From Microcoleus sp. (GTDB taxonomy: Bacteria; Cyanobacteriota; Cyanobacteriia; Cyanobacteriales; Microcoleaceae), in contig CP181291.1 in assembly GCA_052279835.1 (NCBI GenBank), forward strand, positions 4,320,001-4,384,000: DNA of 64,000 bases, written 5' to 3'. Below the pieces are notes generated by a model, which saw only the letters and a program-made list of their open reading frames with translations, searched no databases and was not told the DNA's origin. Both the position numbers and the translations under genes were made by a program. Every line of letters starts with the position of its first letter. Position 1 is the stretch's first letter. Below, in pieces: positions 48,413 to 58,421 of this stretch.

Positions 48413-49090
48413 TGAGTAAAATGCCATGTTACAGCCCCAAATTACCCAAAAAATAGGGGTCGTCGGTAATTTTTGGGAGGTGCGCTTGCTGGAAAATACG
48501 GCAATTTGAAGGGGAAACGGCAGCAGGAGTTAGCAGTGGCAAACCCCACTAAAAACTCAGGAACACATTAAATCGCGATCGCGTGATACTCTATTGTTGG
48601 CAACTTCCAACACTCAAGCCAGAGTTCCGGGAACCCCGAAGCTTGGTTGTAGATTGGGAGCAAGATTCTGAGAGAGTCTGAGCCATTTTAAAGATAGAAA
48701 AATTAGTGACCTAGGGGCAGAGGAACTGGACGCGCAAGTCTTAAAGATCGGCGCTCAAATTACCAGATTTCTTCAAAACCTGATATAATTGCCAGCGACA
48801 AAGCTTAAGGCTTTGTTGTGTGAAAAGCCTCGTTGGAAAAAGTAAGGCAAGTTCTGCCTGACGTTAAGCCTGTGGACTGGTAGGAGCCGACTCCCCAGAG
48901 TGAAGCAGGAAGTGAATTTCAGCTTACAATCAGTAGGTTTGAGTAAGTTTCACAGAACGGAACATTGCCTCAAGCGCAGACATATGTAAAATCGAATAGC
49001 GGTTGTCAGCTATCAGCAAAAGCTGTTGGTCATTGACAAACCCATACAATAGTCTGTAATTTACGTGGATTTAGGTGTGAAGGAGAAATC

Positions 49091-51619
49091 ATGGAATTAG
49101 AATTAGATAATGAGCTACGCAGTGCCCTTCAATTACAGCCAGTTGTGGTTGGGAATGCTGGCCCGGCAATTTTAGGGCTCAAGTTCAATGACTTGAACGG
49201 CGACGGTATCCGGCAGTCCAATGAACCAGGCCTAGCAAACATCCCCATCCTCCTGGAACCAGCCATCAGCAGCAACGGCCAATTCAATGCAGCTAACGGA
49301 GATATATCCGTCCTGACAGACGCTAACGGTGGGTTCTCATTCATAAATCTTGTTCCTGGGAATTACGTAATTACCGAAACAGTACCTGCTGGTTCCCGCC
49401 CTACTACTCCCAACCCCCTCGCTGTTAACGTTGGAAACGCCAATGTCAACGTTTTCTTTGGTAACACCACAGTTACAGGTAGCCGGATCGTTGGATGCAA
49501 ATATCTAGACTTAGATGGCGACGGCTTTCGAGATGGTGATGAACCGGGCATTAAAAATGTCAGAATATATCTCGATGGCAGCAACGGTAGCGTCCCCAAC
49601 GGGCAATTCGATGCAGGGGAACTTAACACCCTCACCGACAAAAACGGTGCATGGTCCTTCAACGTCACACCCGGAAGCTACAAAGTTAGGGAAGAACGGA
49701 TCAGACCCGCAGTTCCTGCCAATGTCAACGGAGTAGAAGTTAATGCTACGAACGCAGAACCCTTAGAAACAAGGGATTTTCTCCAAAGCACCCCGCCTAA
49801 TAACATTCCGCTACTAGATGTAACAGTAGCTGCGGGTCAAACTTTTGCCTGTGCTCAAGTTGGTGACACCCCGCTTTATCAAATTGAAATTAACAAGTTT
49901 CGAGACATAGACCGCAACGGTTCCCGAAATGTGGTCAATGGAGTTTTGGAACCCCCCATTGCTCGCGTACCCTTCATTTTAGATTTAAATAACAACGGTC
50001 GCTGGGATTCAACCACTGAACCCATTGCACTCACCGATGTCAACGGAGTCGCTACCTTCAAGGATTTGCGAGCTGGCAATTACCCAGTATTGGAAATTTT
50101 TCCAGCCACATTGCCAGATGGCAGTGCTCCTGGCAACCTGAATGCTCCCGTCTCAACTACTCCTAACCCCGTTGTGATTTCGGCACCAGGTCCCCAAGCA
50201 CGATTTCAGGGTACTATCAGCAAAGAGCAACCGCTGATTGTAGCAGACTCAACCTATACACTGAAGCCAAACGATCCTAAGTTCGTAGATACTAACCGTG
50301 ACGGCACCCAACAGGTCGGGGAAAGATCCATTGCAACAACTGGTGAGCGGCCGATTTTTGCAGCGCCAACAAACACTTTACCAGCGCGTAACCCTTCACC
50401 GTCACTGACGTTTTCTCCTGTGGGGGTTAATGCTGGCAATGACACCAATAGTCCTGTGGGCAACACTCGACCCAACATCAATATCTTCAAATACAATGAC
50501 CTGAATGCCAACGGTCGCTACGAACCAACTCAGGGTGAAGCACCTATAAGTGGTGTTAATGTGTTCCTCGACACCAACAATGATGGGGTTGCCAACGCCG
50601 GAGAAGCACAACTACAGACTAATGCCCAAGGGAGAGCAGCATTTACCAACTTGGCTCCCGGCAATTACACAGTGCGGGAAGTAGTACCGGCAAATTTCTC
50701 GGCTTCTACACCTGTTAGCGTTCCGGTGACTGTGGGTACTCAGGATGCCAACGTTACTTTTGCCAACACACCCAACAGCAACATCACTGGTTGCAAATTC
50801 GAGGATTTGAACCTCAACGGCTATCGAGATGGAAATGAACCGGCTATTCCTGGTGTCACCATTTTTATTGATACCAATGGCGACGGTCAGTTACAGTCAA
50901 CAGAACCGACTACTACGACCAATCAGTTTGGTGTCTTTGCATTCAACAATTTAGCCCCTGGTAATTACAAGATTCGAGAAGTAACTCCTCCTGGTTATTT
51001 CCAAACGACTCAACCTGTGGATGTTGTTCTCGGTGCCAATCAAACCTTTACCTGTGCTTTGGTCGGTAACTCTCGTCGCTATGATTTGTTAGTTCCTAAA
51101 TTCCGGGACGATAACCGTAACGGTGTACGGGATGCCAACGAACTTCCTCTAGAAGGTGTTCCATTTACTTTGGATTTGAACCGGAACGGTCGTTATGATG
51201 CAGCCACCGAACCGCTAGTCAGAACTGATGCCCAAGGTATTGCTCGCTTTACCGATTTGTCTCCGGCTAATTACTCGGTTTTGGAAGTCTTCAACGTGGC
51301 TTCTGTTCCCAACCCGTTCCCCATCCCAACAGGTCCTAACCCCGTTAACTTTAATGTGCCGGGTCCGAACACAGTGCCTTCGCCAGTTCGTACAGCAAGG
51401 AGTGTTTCTAGCCTCGATCCTCTGACTGAAGGTGGACTTGATGCTACGATTATGGCCAGCAGCATTGATACCAGCTTGATCGCAGGTGAAAATGCAGGTA
51501 TCAGCTTTGTTGATGACATGAGCTTGAGCCGCACAGCGAGTGCACTAACTGTAGTGTTACCTGAAGATAAGAAGGATTTACTCTTAGGCGCTCCTGCTAC
51601 TTCTCCGATTGGTTTCTAA
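49091..51619 (+). CDS. Second SdrD-B-like repeat surface protein
   Basis: GLKFNDLNGDG, GCKFEDLN, PGNYKIREV repeats; AAGGAG RBS. Confidence 0.8.
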   Translation: MELELDNELRSALQLQPVVVGNAGPAILGLKFNDLNGDGIRQSNEPGLANIPILLEPAISSNGQFNAANGDISVLTDANGGFSFINLVPGNYVITETVPAGSRPTTPNPLAVNVGNANVNVFFGNTTVTGSRIVGCKYLDLDGDGFRDGDEPGIKNVRIYLDGSNGSVPNGQFDAGELNTLTDKNGAWSFNVTPGSYKVREERIRPAVPANVNGVEVNATNAEPLETRDFLQSTPPNNIPLLDVTVAAGQTFACAQVGDTPLYQIEINKFRDIDRNGSRNVVNGVLEPPIARVPFILDLNNNGRWDSTTEPIALTDVNGVATFKDLRAGNYPVLEIFPATLPDGSAPGNLNAPVSTTPNPVVISAPGPQARFQGTISKEQPLIVADSTYTLKPNDPKFVDTNRDGTQQVGERSIATTGERPIFAAPTNTLPARNPSPSLTFSPVGVNAGNDTNSPVGNTRPNINIFKYNDLNANGRYEPTQGEAPISGVNVFLDTNNDGVANAGEAQLQTNAQGRAAFTNLAPGNYTVREVVPANFSASTPVSVPVTVGTQDANVTFANTPNSNITGCKFEDLNLNGYRDGNEPAIPGVTIFIDTNGDGQLQSTEPTTTTNQFGVFAFNNLAPGNYKIREVTPPGYFQTTQPVDVVLGANQTFTCALVGNSRRYDLLVPKFRDDNRNGVRDANELPLEGVPFTLDLNRNGRYDAATEPLVRTDAQGIARFTDLSPANYSVLEVFNVASVPNPFPIPTGPNPVNFNVPGPNTVPSPVRTARSVSSLDPLTEGGLDATIMASSIDTSLIAGENAGISFVDDMSLSRTASALTVVLPEDKKDLLLGAPATSPIGF

Positions 51620-51672
51620 TGTTAAGTTGAGTCTCTAGTTTGAGATTCAACTATTAGCTAGTAGCTAGTTTC

Positions 51673-51705
51673 AAAAGCACGTCAACATATGTTGACGTGC
51701 TTTTT
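51673..51705 (+). terminator. Intrinsic terminator, possibly bidirectional
   Basis: AAAAGCACGTCAACATATGTTGACGTGCTTTTT palindrome. Confidence 0.75.
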
Positions 51706-51838
51706 GCTGTGGCGATCGCAGCCAGCGGTTTCTGCCGGATAAAACAGTCTTTAGTAGTAGGACACGATCTGCAAAAAGAGCGATTCCCACTATATAAAAT
51801 ACCTTTATATCTAAATGTAGAACTTAAAGGATTTTTTT

Positions 51839-52699
51839 ATGCCAACCAAACAGAAGACTAATCCGGCTCAACATCAACCACAGCAGCCCGGTGTGGAATC
51901 CCAAATGACCCCGCCACCTCAATCCTTCGCTACCGAATATCGTGGTAGTGACAAATTGCGGGATAAAGTAGCGCTAATTACAGGCGGAGACAGCGGTATC
52001 GGGCGGGCGGTGGCCCTGGCTTTTGCCAAAGAAGGCGCAGACGTAGCCATTGCTTATCTCAGCGAAGATGAAGATGCCAAAAAAACCCAAGAGGCGATCG
52101 AAAAACAAGGCCGCCGCTGCATTTCCCTCTCCGGTGACATTGGCGACGAAAGCATCTGCCAAAATCTTGTAGAACAAACAGTTAAAAGCTTCGGACAACT
52201 GGATATCCTCGTCAACAACGCCGCTGAACAACATCCCCAAGAAAGCATCGAAGACATTACTGCCGAACAATTAGAGCGTACCTTCCGCACCAACATTTTT
52301 TCAATGTTTTACCTCACCAAAGCCGCTCTCAAATACCTTAAAGAGGGAAGTGCTATCATCAACACTACCTCTGTCACCGCTTACAAAGGCAATCAACAAT
52401 TGCTAGATTACTCCTCGACAAAAGGAGCAATTGTTGCCTTTACTCGTTCTTTGTCCCAGAGTTTGGCAGAAAAAGGAATTCGGGTCAACGGAGTAGCCCC
52501 CGGTCCGATTTGGACTCCTCTAATTCCTTCCACTTTCCCCGAAGAAAAGGTGGAGAAATTTGGTGCTGATACGCCCTTGGGACGCGCTGGTCAACCCGAT
52601 GAAGTTGCTCCTAGTTACGTGTTTTTAGCTTCTAAAGACTCGTCTTATATGACTGGTCAAATTTTGCATCCCAATGGTGGGTCTGTAATTAATGGCTAG
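51839..52699 (+). CDS. SDR family oxidoreductase (general-stress type)
   Basis: TGGDSGIG, NNAA, YSSTK, VAPGPIWTP. Confidence 0.92.
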   Translation: MPTKQKTNPAQHQPQQPGVESQMTPPPQSFATEYRGSDKLRDKVALITGGDSGIGRAVALAFAKEGADVAIAYLSEDEDAKKTQEAIEKQGRRCISLSGDIGDESICQNLVEQTVKSFGQLDILVNNAAEQHPQESIEDITAEQLERTFRTNIFSMFYLTKAALKYLKEGSAIINTTSVTAYKGNQQLLDYSSTKGAIVAFTRSLSQSLAEKGIRVNGVAPGPIWTPLIPSTFPEEKVEKFGADTPLGRAGQPDEVAPSYVFLASKDSSYMTGQILHPNGGSVING

Positions 52700-52706
52700 T
52701 TATTAT

Positions 52707-52896
52707 GACCCGGCGGTTGAAACCGCTGCTATACAAACAAAATCGGCCTACGCCGATTAAAGAATAAAGGGGGTATTATACCAATTTCCGGTTTCCGGCA
52801 CTCTTTATAAATCAGTCGGCGTAGGCCGACTTTGTTTTTGTAGACGCGGTTTCAACCGCGCCCGTCATCAAGGGGATATCTAACCCGGATTTGGTA
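52707..52896. repeat. Palindromic REP-like element overlapping a TACCAA..CCGG / CCGGATTTGGTA MITE-like unit
   Basis: GCGGTTGAAACCGC...GCGGTTTCAACCGC and TCGGCCTACGCCGA / TCGGCGTAGGCCGA inverted arms. Confidence 0.65.
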
Positions 52897-53002
52897 TTGT
52901 AAAACTTCATTGAGTTTATAAGCAATTATAAACAATAATGGTATTATATTGTTGTGAGTGTTGAACAAAGAATACGCATAGCCCAAAAAACGCAAGTCTC
53001 AA

Positions 53003-54295
53003 ATGCAACTAACACAGAGGCACATCATTAAATCAACGTCACACCGTTTCGCCCAAATTGACGAACTAGCCTTTAAATCCAAAAACCTCTACAATGCCGC
53101 CAATTACGTCATTCGTCAGAGTTTTATTTATGGGTGGGGCTATGTCAACTACAACGAAATGAACCGATTGATGAAGTCTCACGAAGCATATAAGGCAATG
53201 CCAGCCAAAGTAAGTCAGCAAATCTTGATGGTGCTAGACAAGAATTGGAAATCGTTTTTTGAAGCCGTTAAAGCTTACAAAGTTGATTCTTCAAAATTCA
53301 CGGGTCGCCCAAAACTGCCAAAGTACAAAGATAAGACTAAAGGGCGAAATCTTCTCGTCTACACGATGCAAGCAATTAGCAGCAAACAGTTGAAGAAAGG
53401 AATTATCAAGCTTTCCGGCACTGAACTTTCAATTAAAACCCAAGTCAATCCCAACCAGATTTGTCAAGTTAGAGTGGTTCCGAAATGTGATTGCTATGTA
53501 ATTGAGGTGATTTATGATGCTGGTACTGAGGGTAGTCGAAGTGAACCGGAGTCCACCCTTGGCAATGCCAACTCTGTAGCTAGTATTGATTTGGGACTGG
53601 ATAATTTAGTGGCGTTAACTTCAAATCAGCCGGGATTTATCCCTTTGTTGATTAACGGGCGACCATTAAAATCGATTAACCAGTTCTATAACAAACGCAA
53701 ATCCCGATTACAATCCCAGTTAAAAGGGAATCGTCAAACCTCACCCAGGATTCAGCGATTAACTCGCTGTCGCCATCAAAAAGTTGATAATTACTTGCAT
53801 CATGCTAGTCGTGTGATTGTGGCGATTTTAAATACCAAACAAATTGGGACGCTAGTAATTGGCAAGAATGCACAGTGGAAAACTGAAATTGCTCTCGGTT
53901 GGCAAACCAATCAAAACTTTGTTAGTATTCCTCACTCTCGATTAATTGAAATGTTGGAGTACAAAGCTCGGTTGGTGGGAATCACAGTAATTGTGCAGGA
54001 AGAATCATTTACATCGCGGGCAAGTTTTTTGGGTTTAGACTCAATCCCTGTCTACGGGAAAACAGAAAAAGAGCCAATGTTTACAGGGAAGCGTATTCAG
54101 CGAGGTTTGTACAAAACATCGACTGGTCAGTTAATCAATTCTGATATCAACGCTTCGTACAACATCCTCAGAAAAGCAATCCCAAATGCCTTGTGCGATG
54201 GGATAGGGAGCTGCGTAGTTCAGCCGAGGCGGGTTAATCCGCTCGAAGTAAAAGTGAAGGGGGAGGGAATTGAAGCCTCCCATGCCTATAAATGA
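53003..54295 (+). CDS. tnpB: TnpB RNA-guided nuclease family protein in a non-autonomous element (no tnpA)
   Basis: SKNLYN, PKLPKYK, IDLG, VIGKN, QEESFTS, NSDINASYNI; no Zn-finger cysteines. Confidence 0.9.
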   Translation: MQLTQRHIIKSTSHRFAQIDELAFKSKNLYNAANYVIRQSFIYGWGYVNYNEMNRLMKSHEAYKAMPAKVSQQILMVLDKNWKSFFEAVKAYKVDSSKFTGRPKLPKYKDKTKGRNLLVYTMQAISSKQLKKGIIKLSGTELSIKTQVNPNQICQVRVVPKCDCYVIEVIYDAGTEGSRSEPESTLGNANSVASIDLGLDNLVALTSNQPGFIPLLINGRPLKSINQFYNKRKSRLQSQLKGNRQTSPRIQRLTRCRHQKVDNYLHHASRVIVAILNTKQIGTLVIGKNAQWKTEIALGWQTNQNFVSIPHSRLIEMLEYKARLVGITVIVQEESFTSRASFLGLDSIPVYGKTEKEPMFTGKRIQRGLYKTSTGQLINSDINASYNILRKAIPNALCDGIGSCVVQPRRVNPLEVKVKGEGIEASHAYK

Positions 54296-54310
54296 CTATA
54301 CTTTTACCAG
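54190..54310 (+). ncRNA. Putative omega/reRNA scaffold overlapping the tnpB 3' end (boundaries approximate)
   Basis: Nested stems GTAAAAGT...ACTTTTAC and GGGAGG...CCTCCC at the position expected for tnpB elements. Confidence 0.45.
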
Positions 54311-54456
54311 CTATTAGATAATGAGCGACCAAGATTTTTGGTAAAATCCGCCCCTACACCAAATATAGTAATCCCGCCACGTTGGTGACGGGATTGATAG
54401 GTGGGAGGTTAGCTATTTTTCAGCTCAGCTAGATTTGAAATTAGCTGACTGCTCAA

Positions 54457-55488
54457 TTAGCTCATGCTAGCCATTTCTTGCTGCAATGTGCTTTTAGCTG
54501 CTTTAAATTGAGTAGCCATTTGCTCCATTTGGGCTTCGCTAAAGTGGTCGCGTATTTTAGAGAACATATCGCTTTCTTCTTGTTTTACGTGAGCCTTCAC
54601 CGCTGCTTTTAGCTGGGCGATTTGAGCTTTGAATTCAGAAGCAGCATGGGGGTTGAGAGCCTTAATTTGTGAGAGCATTTGCTTCATTTCGGCTTGCTCA
54701 TTATATAGTTCTTGAGTGTCGCTGTAATAGCTGCGAACTGCTGGGTACACAATTTGTTCTTCTGCTTCGGCGTGCACGCTTAAATCTTTGTACAACTGAC
54801 CAAAGAATTCTTGCAGTTTTTGGGGATCTTCGGTTTTTTCGATTTCCATAAATATGGTATCGACTTTGCGGTGATCCATTGTGATGACTTCGATGATGTT
54901 CATTTCATCTTTGGTGCGGGTGACAGCACTACCGATGATGCCACTCATGGCAGCCATTCCATCTTGGACTCTAGCCCAAACGCCTTGTTCCGGGTCTTTT
55001 CCAGTTAGTTCGCGCACGCCCAAAATTTCTAGCATTCCTTTGAGTTGTTCTTGGTGAGCGCGGTTTTCAAAGTTGACTGTGTTGAGGGGGGTAATCGCAG
55101 CTTCGATATCGGCACCAACTACTTGGGCGGCTTTGTGAACTAAGAGGCCGGCCATTGTTTGTTTGTGTTTGAGGAGTTCGTGCTGACTTACTTTTTCAAA
55201 CATGGTTAGTTCAGAACCTTTCATGAGTTTCTGAACTGCTTCAATCATTTCTGTGGTGGTTTCTTGTGGCTCAGATTGAATTCCATATTGAACGATCGTG
55301 GTTTCTAATACGCCCATGTTTTTGCGATCGTCCTCAAGCATATCCCGGAAGCGATCGCACAGTTCGGCATCGTTGCAGGATTTGATAAACATTTCTTCGT
55401 TAGCGATGAGCAACTTTTGCAGTGCTTTCATGTCTGCTAATTTCATGCCTATCGCTTGGCGTTTGGTGTCTTCAAGAGTAGCTACCAT
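54457..55488 (-). CDS. Ferritin-like plus hemerythrin domain protein
   Basis: DHRKV, HAEAEEQIVYP, HVKQEESDMF. Confidence 0.85.
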   Translation of the reverse strand: MVATLEDTKRQAIGMKLADMKALQKLLIANEEMFIKSCNDAELCDRFRDMLEDDRKNMGVLETTIVQYGIQSEPQETTTEMIEAVQKLMKGSELTMFEKVSQHELLKHKQTMAGLLVHKAAQVVGADIEAAITPLNTVNFENRAHQEQLKGMLEILGVRELTGKDPEQGVWARVQDGMAAMSGIIGSAVTRTKDEMNIIEVITMDHRKVDTIFMEIEKTEDPQKLQEFFGQLYKDLSVHAEAEEQIVYPAVRSYYSDTQELYNEQAEMKQMLSQIKALNPHAASEFKAQIAQLKAAVKAHVKQEESDMFSKIRDHFSEAQMEQMATQFKAAKSTLQQEMASMS

Positions 55489-55756
55489 TGCTCTGTTCTC
55501 CTCTGAATGTGTGTCGTGTTCTTATTCTTAAAGGTATTGAAATATTTCGAGCAATTCCTCTTTCTCCCGACTGATCCATCGATCTCCCGCTAAATCTATT
55601 GACTTTTAAAACTCAAAATGCTATAAGAGTGATTCAATTGATGAGGCGATGATTGATAAGGCGATAGAAAATTTGTATCAATGCACCCCGATCGCCCGTC
55701 TGTAAAGCGCTACTATGGTTGAAACCAAAGTTAACTAAAGTTTAAGAATAACTAGC

Positions 55757-57022
55757 TTGTCTCAAATCCTGACTGCTTTAGATTTCCCAGCAAACGTCTG
55801 GAAGCTGAATAACGGGTTAACGGTCATTCACCAGCACCTGAAGGCTACACCTGTGGTCGCACTAGACGTGTGGGTAAAGGCGGGTGCAACGCAAGAGCCG
55901 GATTCGTGGTCTGGAATGGCTCATTTTCTAGAACATATGATATTTAAGGGGACTGATTCGATCGCCCCGGTCGAATTTGACCAAATAATCGAAAATCGTG
56001 GCGGTGTGACTAATGCAGCGACAAGTCACGACTACGCCCATTTTTATGTCACGGCGGCGGCAAGTTATTTAGCAGAAACTACTCAGCCACTAGCAGAATT
56101 GCTATTGCGAGCTTCGATTCCAGATTCAGAATTCGATCGCGAGCGAGATGTGGTGCTAGAAGAAATCCGCCAAGCTCAAGATGATCCCGATTGGCTGGGT
56201 TTTCAAGCAATGATGGAAACAGTTTATCAGTGCCATCCCTACAGGCGATCGGTATTGGGCACAGAAGAGTTGCTGATGTCGCTAACACCCCACGAAATGC
56301 GCTGTTTCCATCGATCGCACTATCAGCCAGAAAATATGACTGTGGTGATAGTTGGGGGAATTGAGGAAGCACAGGCGATGGATGTGACAGGGAAAGCTTT
56401 CGGGGAGTTTTCTGATAGGTGGGAATGTCCCAAGTTGGTAGCAGAAGCCGAAGCGCCTCTGGTGGGAATTCGCCGTCAGGAGCTCCACCTTCCCAGATTG
56501 GAACAAGCACGGCTAATGATGGCTTGGACTGGGCCGGGAGTTGAGCAGTTGGAAAGTGCTTGTGGCTTGGATTTGCTGTCGGTGTTGCTCGCTGACGGGC
56601 GATCGTCTCGTTTAGTCAGGGAACTGCGGGAAGAACTACAATTGGTACAGGCGATCGAGAGCTCTTTTTCCTTACAACGGGAATCGAGTTTATTTACGAT
56701 AAGTGCTGTGTTGGAAGCGGAGGATGTCGAAAGGGTGGAAAGTGTGATTTGCGATCGACTTTGGCAATTGCAGTCAGAGCTGGTTTCTGAGGTAGAATTG
56801 CTTCGCTGTAAGCGTTTGCTGTGCAACGATTTTGCTTTCTCCATCGAAACCCCTGGTCAACTGGCTGGTCTTTATGGGTATTACAATACGATCGCCAAAG
56901 CTGAATTAGCTATGAGCTATCCAACCAAAATTCAAGGATTCGAGCCATTAGACATCCAGCGTTTAGCTCGACAATATCTTTCTCCCAAACACTATGCGGC
57001 CGTGGTGCTAAAACCAATTTAG
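55757..57022 (+). CDS. M16 family zinc peptidase (catalytic subunit)
   Basis: HFLEHMIFKG (HxxEH), NAATSHD. Confidence 0.92.
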   Translation: MSQILTALDFPANVWKLNNGLTVIHQHLKATPVVALDVWVKAGATQEPDSWSGMAHFLEHMIFKGTDSIAPVEFDQIIENRGGVTNAATSHDYAHFYVTAAASYLAETTQPLAELLLRASIPDSEFDRERDVVLEEIRQAQDDPDWLGFQAMMETVYQCHPYRRSVLGTEELLMSLTPHEMRCFHRSHYQPENMTVVIVGGIEEAQAMDVTGKAFGEFSDRWECPKLVAEAEAPLVGIRRQELHLPRLEQARLMMAWTGPGVEQLESACGLDLLSVLLADGRSSRLVRELREELQLVQAIESSFSLQRESSLFTISAVLEAEDVERVESVICDRLWQLQSELVSEVELLRCKRLLCNDFAFSIETPGQLAGLYGYYNTIAKAELAMSYPTKIQGFEPLDIQRLARQYLSPKHYAAVVLKPI

Positions 57023-57086
57023 TCATTAGTCAGTAGTCAGTAGTCATTAGTCATTAGTCAGTTTCCCAATTCCCACTAAATTAAAA

Positions 57087-58355
57087 ATGAAAAATGAAAT
57101 CCACCGCACAGTTTTAGACAATGGTATTGTTGTCTTGGCAGCAGAAAACCCAGCAGCAGATATTATTGCAGCTAGGATATTCCTACGGGCTGGTAGCCGC
57201 TGGGTACAGCCGGAACAAGCTGGATTGTGTCACTTACTGTCGGCGGTAATGACTAAAGGAACCGATCGCCTTTCTTCCCTAGAAATTGCCGAACGTGTAG
57301 AATCGGTGGGAGCGAGGTTGGGTACGGATTCAACTTCCGACTATTTTTTAGTGAGTTTGAAGACCGTTTCAGCAGACTTTACGGATATTTTGGAGTTGGC
57401 GAGTGAATTGATGCGATCGCCCACTTTTCCAGAAGCAGAAGTAGAATTAGAACGTCGCATTGCTATATCAGCAATTCGATCGCAAAAAGAACAACCATTT
57501 TCCCTCGCTTTTGAGCAACTGCGGCAGACGATGTATCAGGACCATCCCTACGCTTTCTCTACCTTGGGCACGGAAGATACCATGTCCAAGCTGACTCGAA
57601 CCGATCTCGAACAGTTTCACAAAACTTATTTCCGCCCGGATAATGTAGTCATTTCGATCGCCGGCAGAATATCCACAGCAGATGCGATCGCCCTAGTCGA
57701 TCGCATTTTTGGCGACTGGAAAGCGCCAGCAACACCGCTACCCACTTTAAGCTTACCCCCCATCAGCCCCCGCCCCAAATCGGCGTTGAGACCCCAAGAA
57801 ACCCAGCAATCAGTGGTGATGTTGGGCTACCTTGCCCCAGCAGTAAAAGATACTGGCTACGCAGCGCTGAAGTTGCTCAATAGTTATTTGGGTAATGGTT
57901 TGTCGAGTCGGTTGTTTGTGGAATTGAGGGAAAAGCGAGGTTTGGCTTACGATGTTTCCTCCATGTATGCGACGCGGTTAGATGCGGCACAGTTTGTGGT
58001 GTATATGGGTACGGCCCCGGAAAATACACAGACTGCTTTTGATGGATTGCGTACAGAAGTCGATCGACTAGCAAATACCCAACTAGATGACGAGGAATTG
58101 CAAGCTTGTAAGAATAAAATCCTCGGTCAATATGCTTTAGGAAAACAGACTAATTCGCAAATTGCTCAAGTTGTAGGCTGGTACGAAACCTTGGGATTGG
58201 GAATTAAATTTGACGAAGAATTCCAAGCAGAAATTGCTCAGGTAACTGCTGCTGAAGCGCGGGATGCTGCTAGGAAATTTTTCGTAGAACCCTATGTTTC
58301 TTTGGTGGGCCCGGAGGCTGCGATTACAGAATTTGGGCTGGCGGCGGTTTGTTGA
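57087..58355 (+). CDS. M16 family peptidase (non-catalytic partner)
   Basis: SSRLFVELREKRGLAY; lacks HxxEH. Confidence 0.9.
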   Translation: MKNEIHRTVLDNGIVVLAAENPAADIIAARIFLRAGSRWVQPEQAGLCHLLSAVMTKGTDRLSSLEIAERVESVGARLGTDSTSDYFLVSLKTVSADFTDILELASELMRSPTFPEAEVELERRIAISAIRSQKEQPFSLAFEQLRQTMYQDHPYAFSTLGTEDTMSKLTRTDLEQFHKTYFRPDNVVISIAGRISTADAIALVDRIFGDWKAPATPLPTLSLPPISPRPKSALRPQETQQSVVMLGYLAPAVKDTGYAALKLLNSYLGNGLSSRLFVELREKRGLAYDVSSMYATRLDAAQFVVYMGTAPENTQTAFDGLRTEVDRLANTQLDDEELQACKNKILGQYALGKQTNSQIAQVVGWYETLGLGIKFDEEFQAEIAQVTAAEARDAARKFFVEPYVSLVGPEAAITEFGLAAVC

Positions 58356-58421
58356 GGAGGAAAAGTGCGATCGAACTTGTCACAAGTTCGATCGATTCCA
58401 TCCTGGGATAGACATTAGTAT

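Noticed and set aside
48413..49090. Riboswitch (for example c-di-GMP) between the SdrD-B genes
   Set aside because: Only a partial GGCAAAC motif; the rest of the consensus could not be matched.
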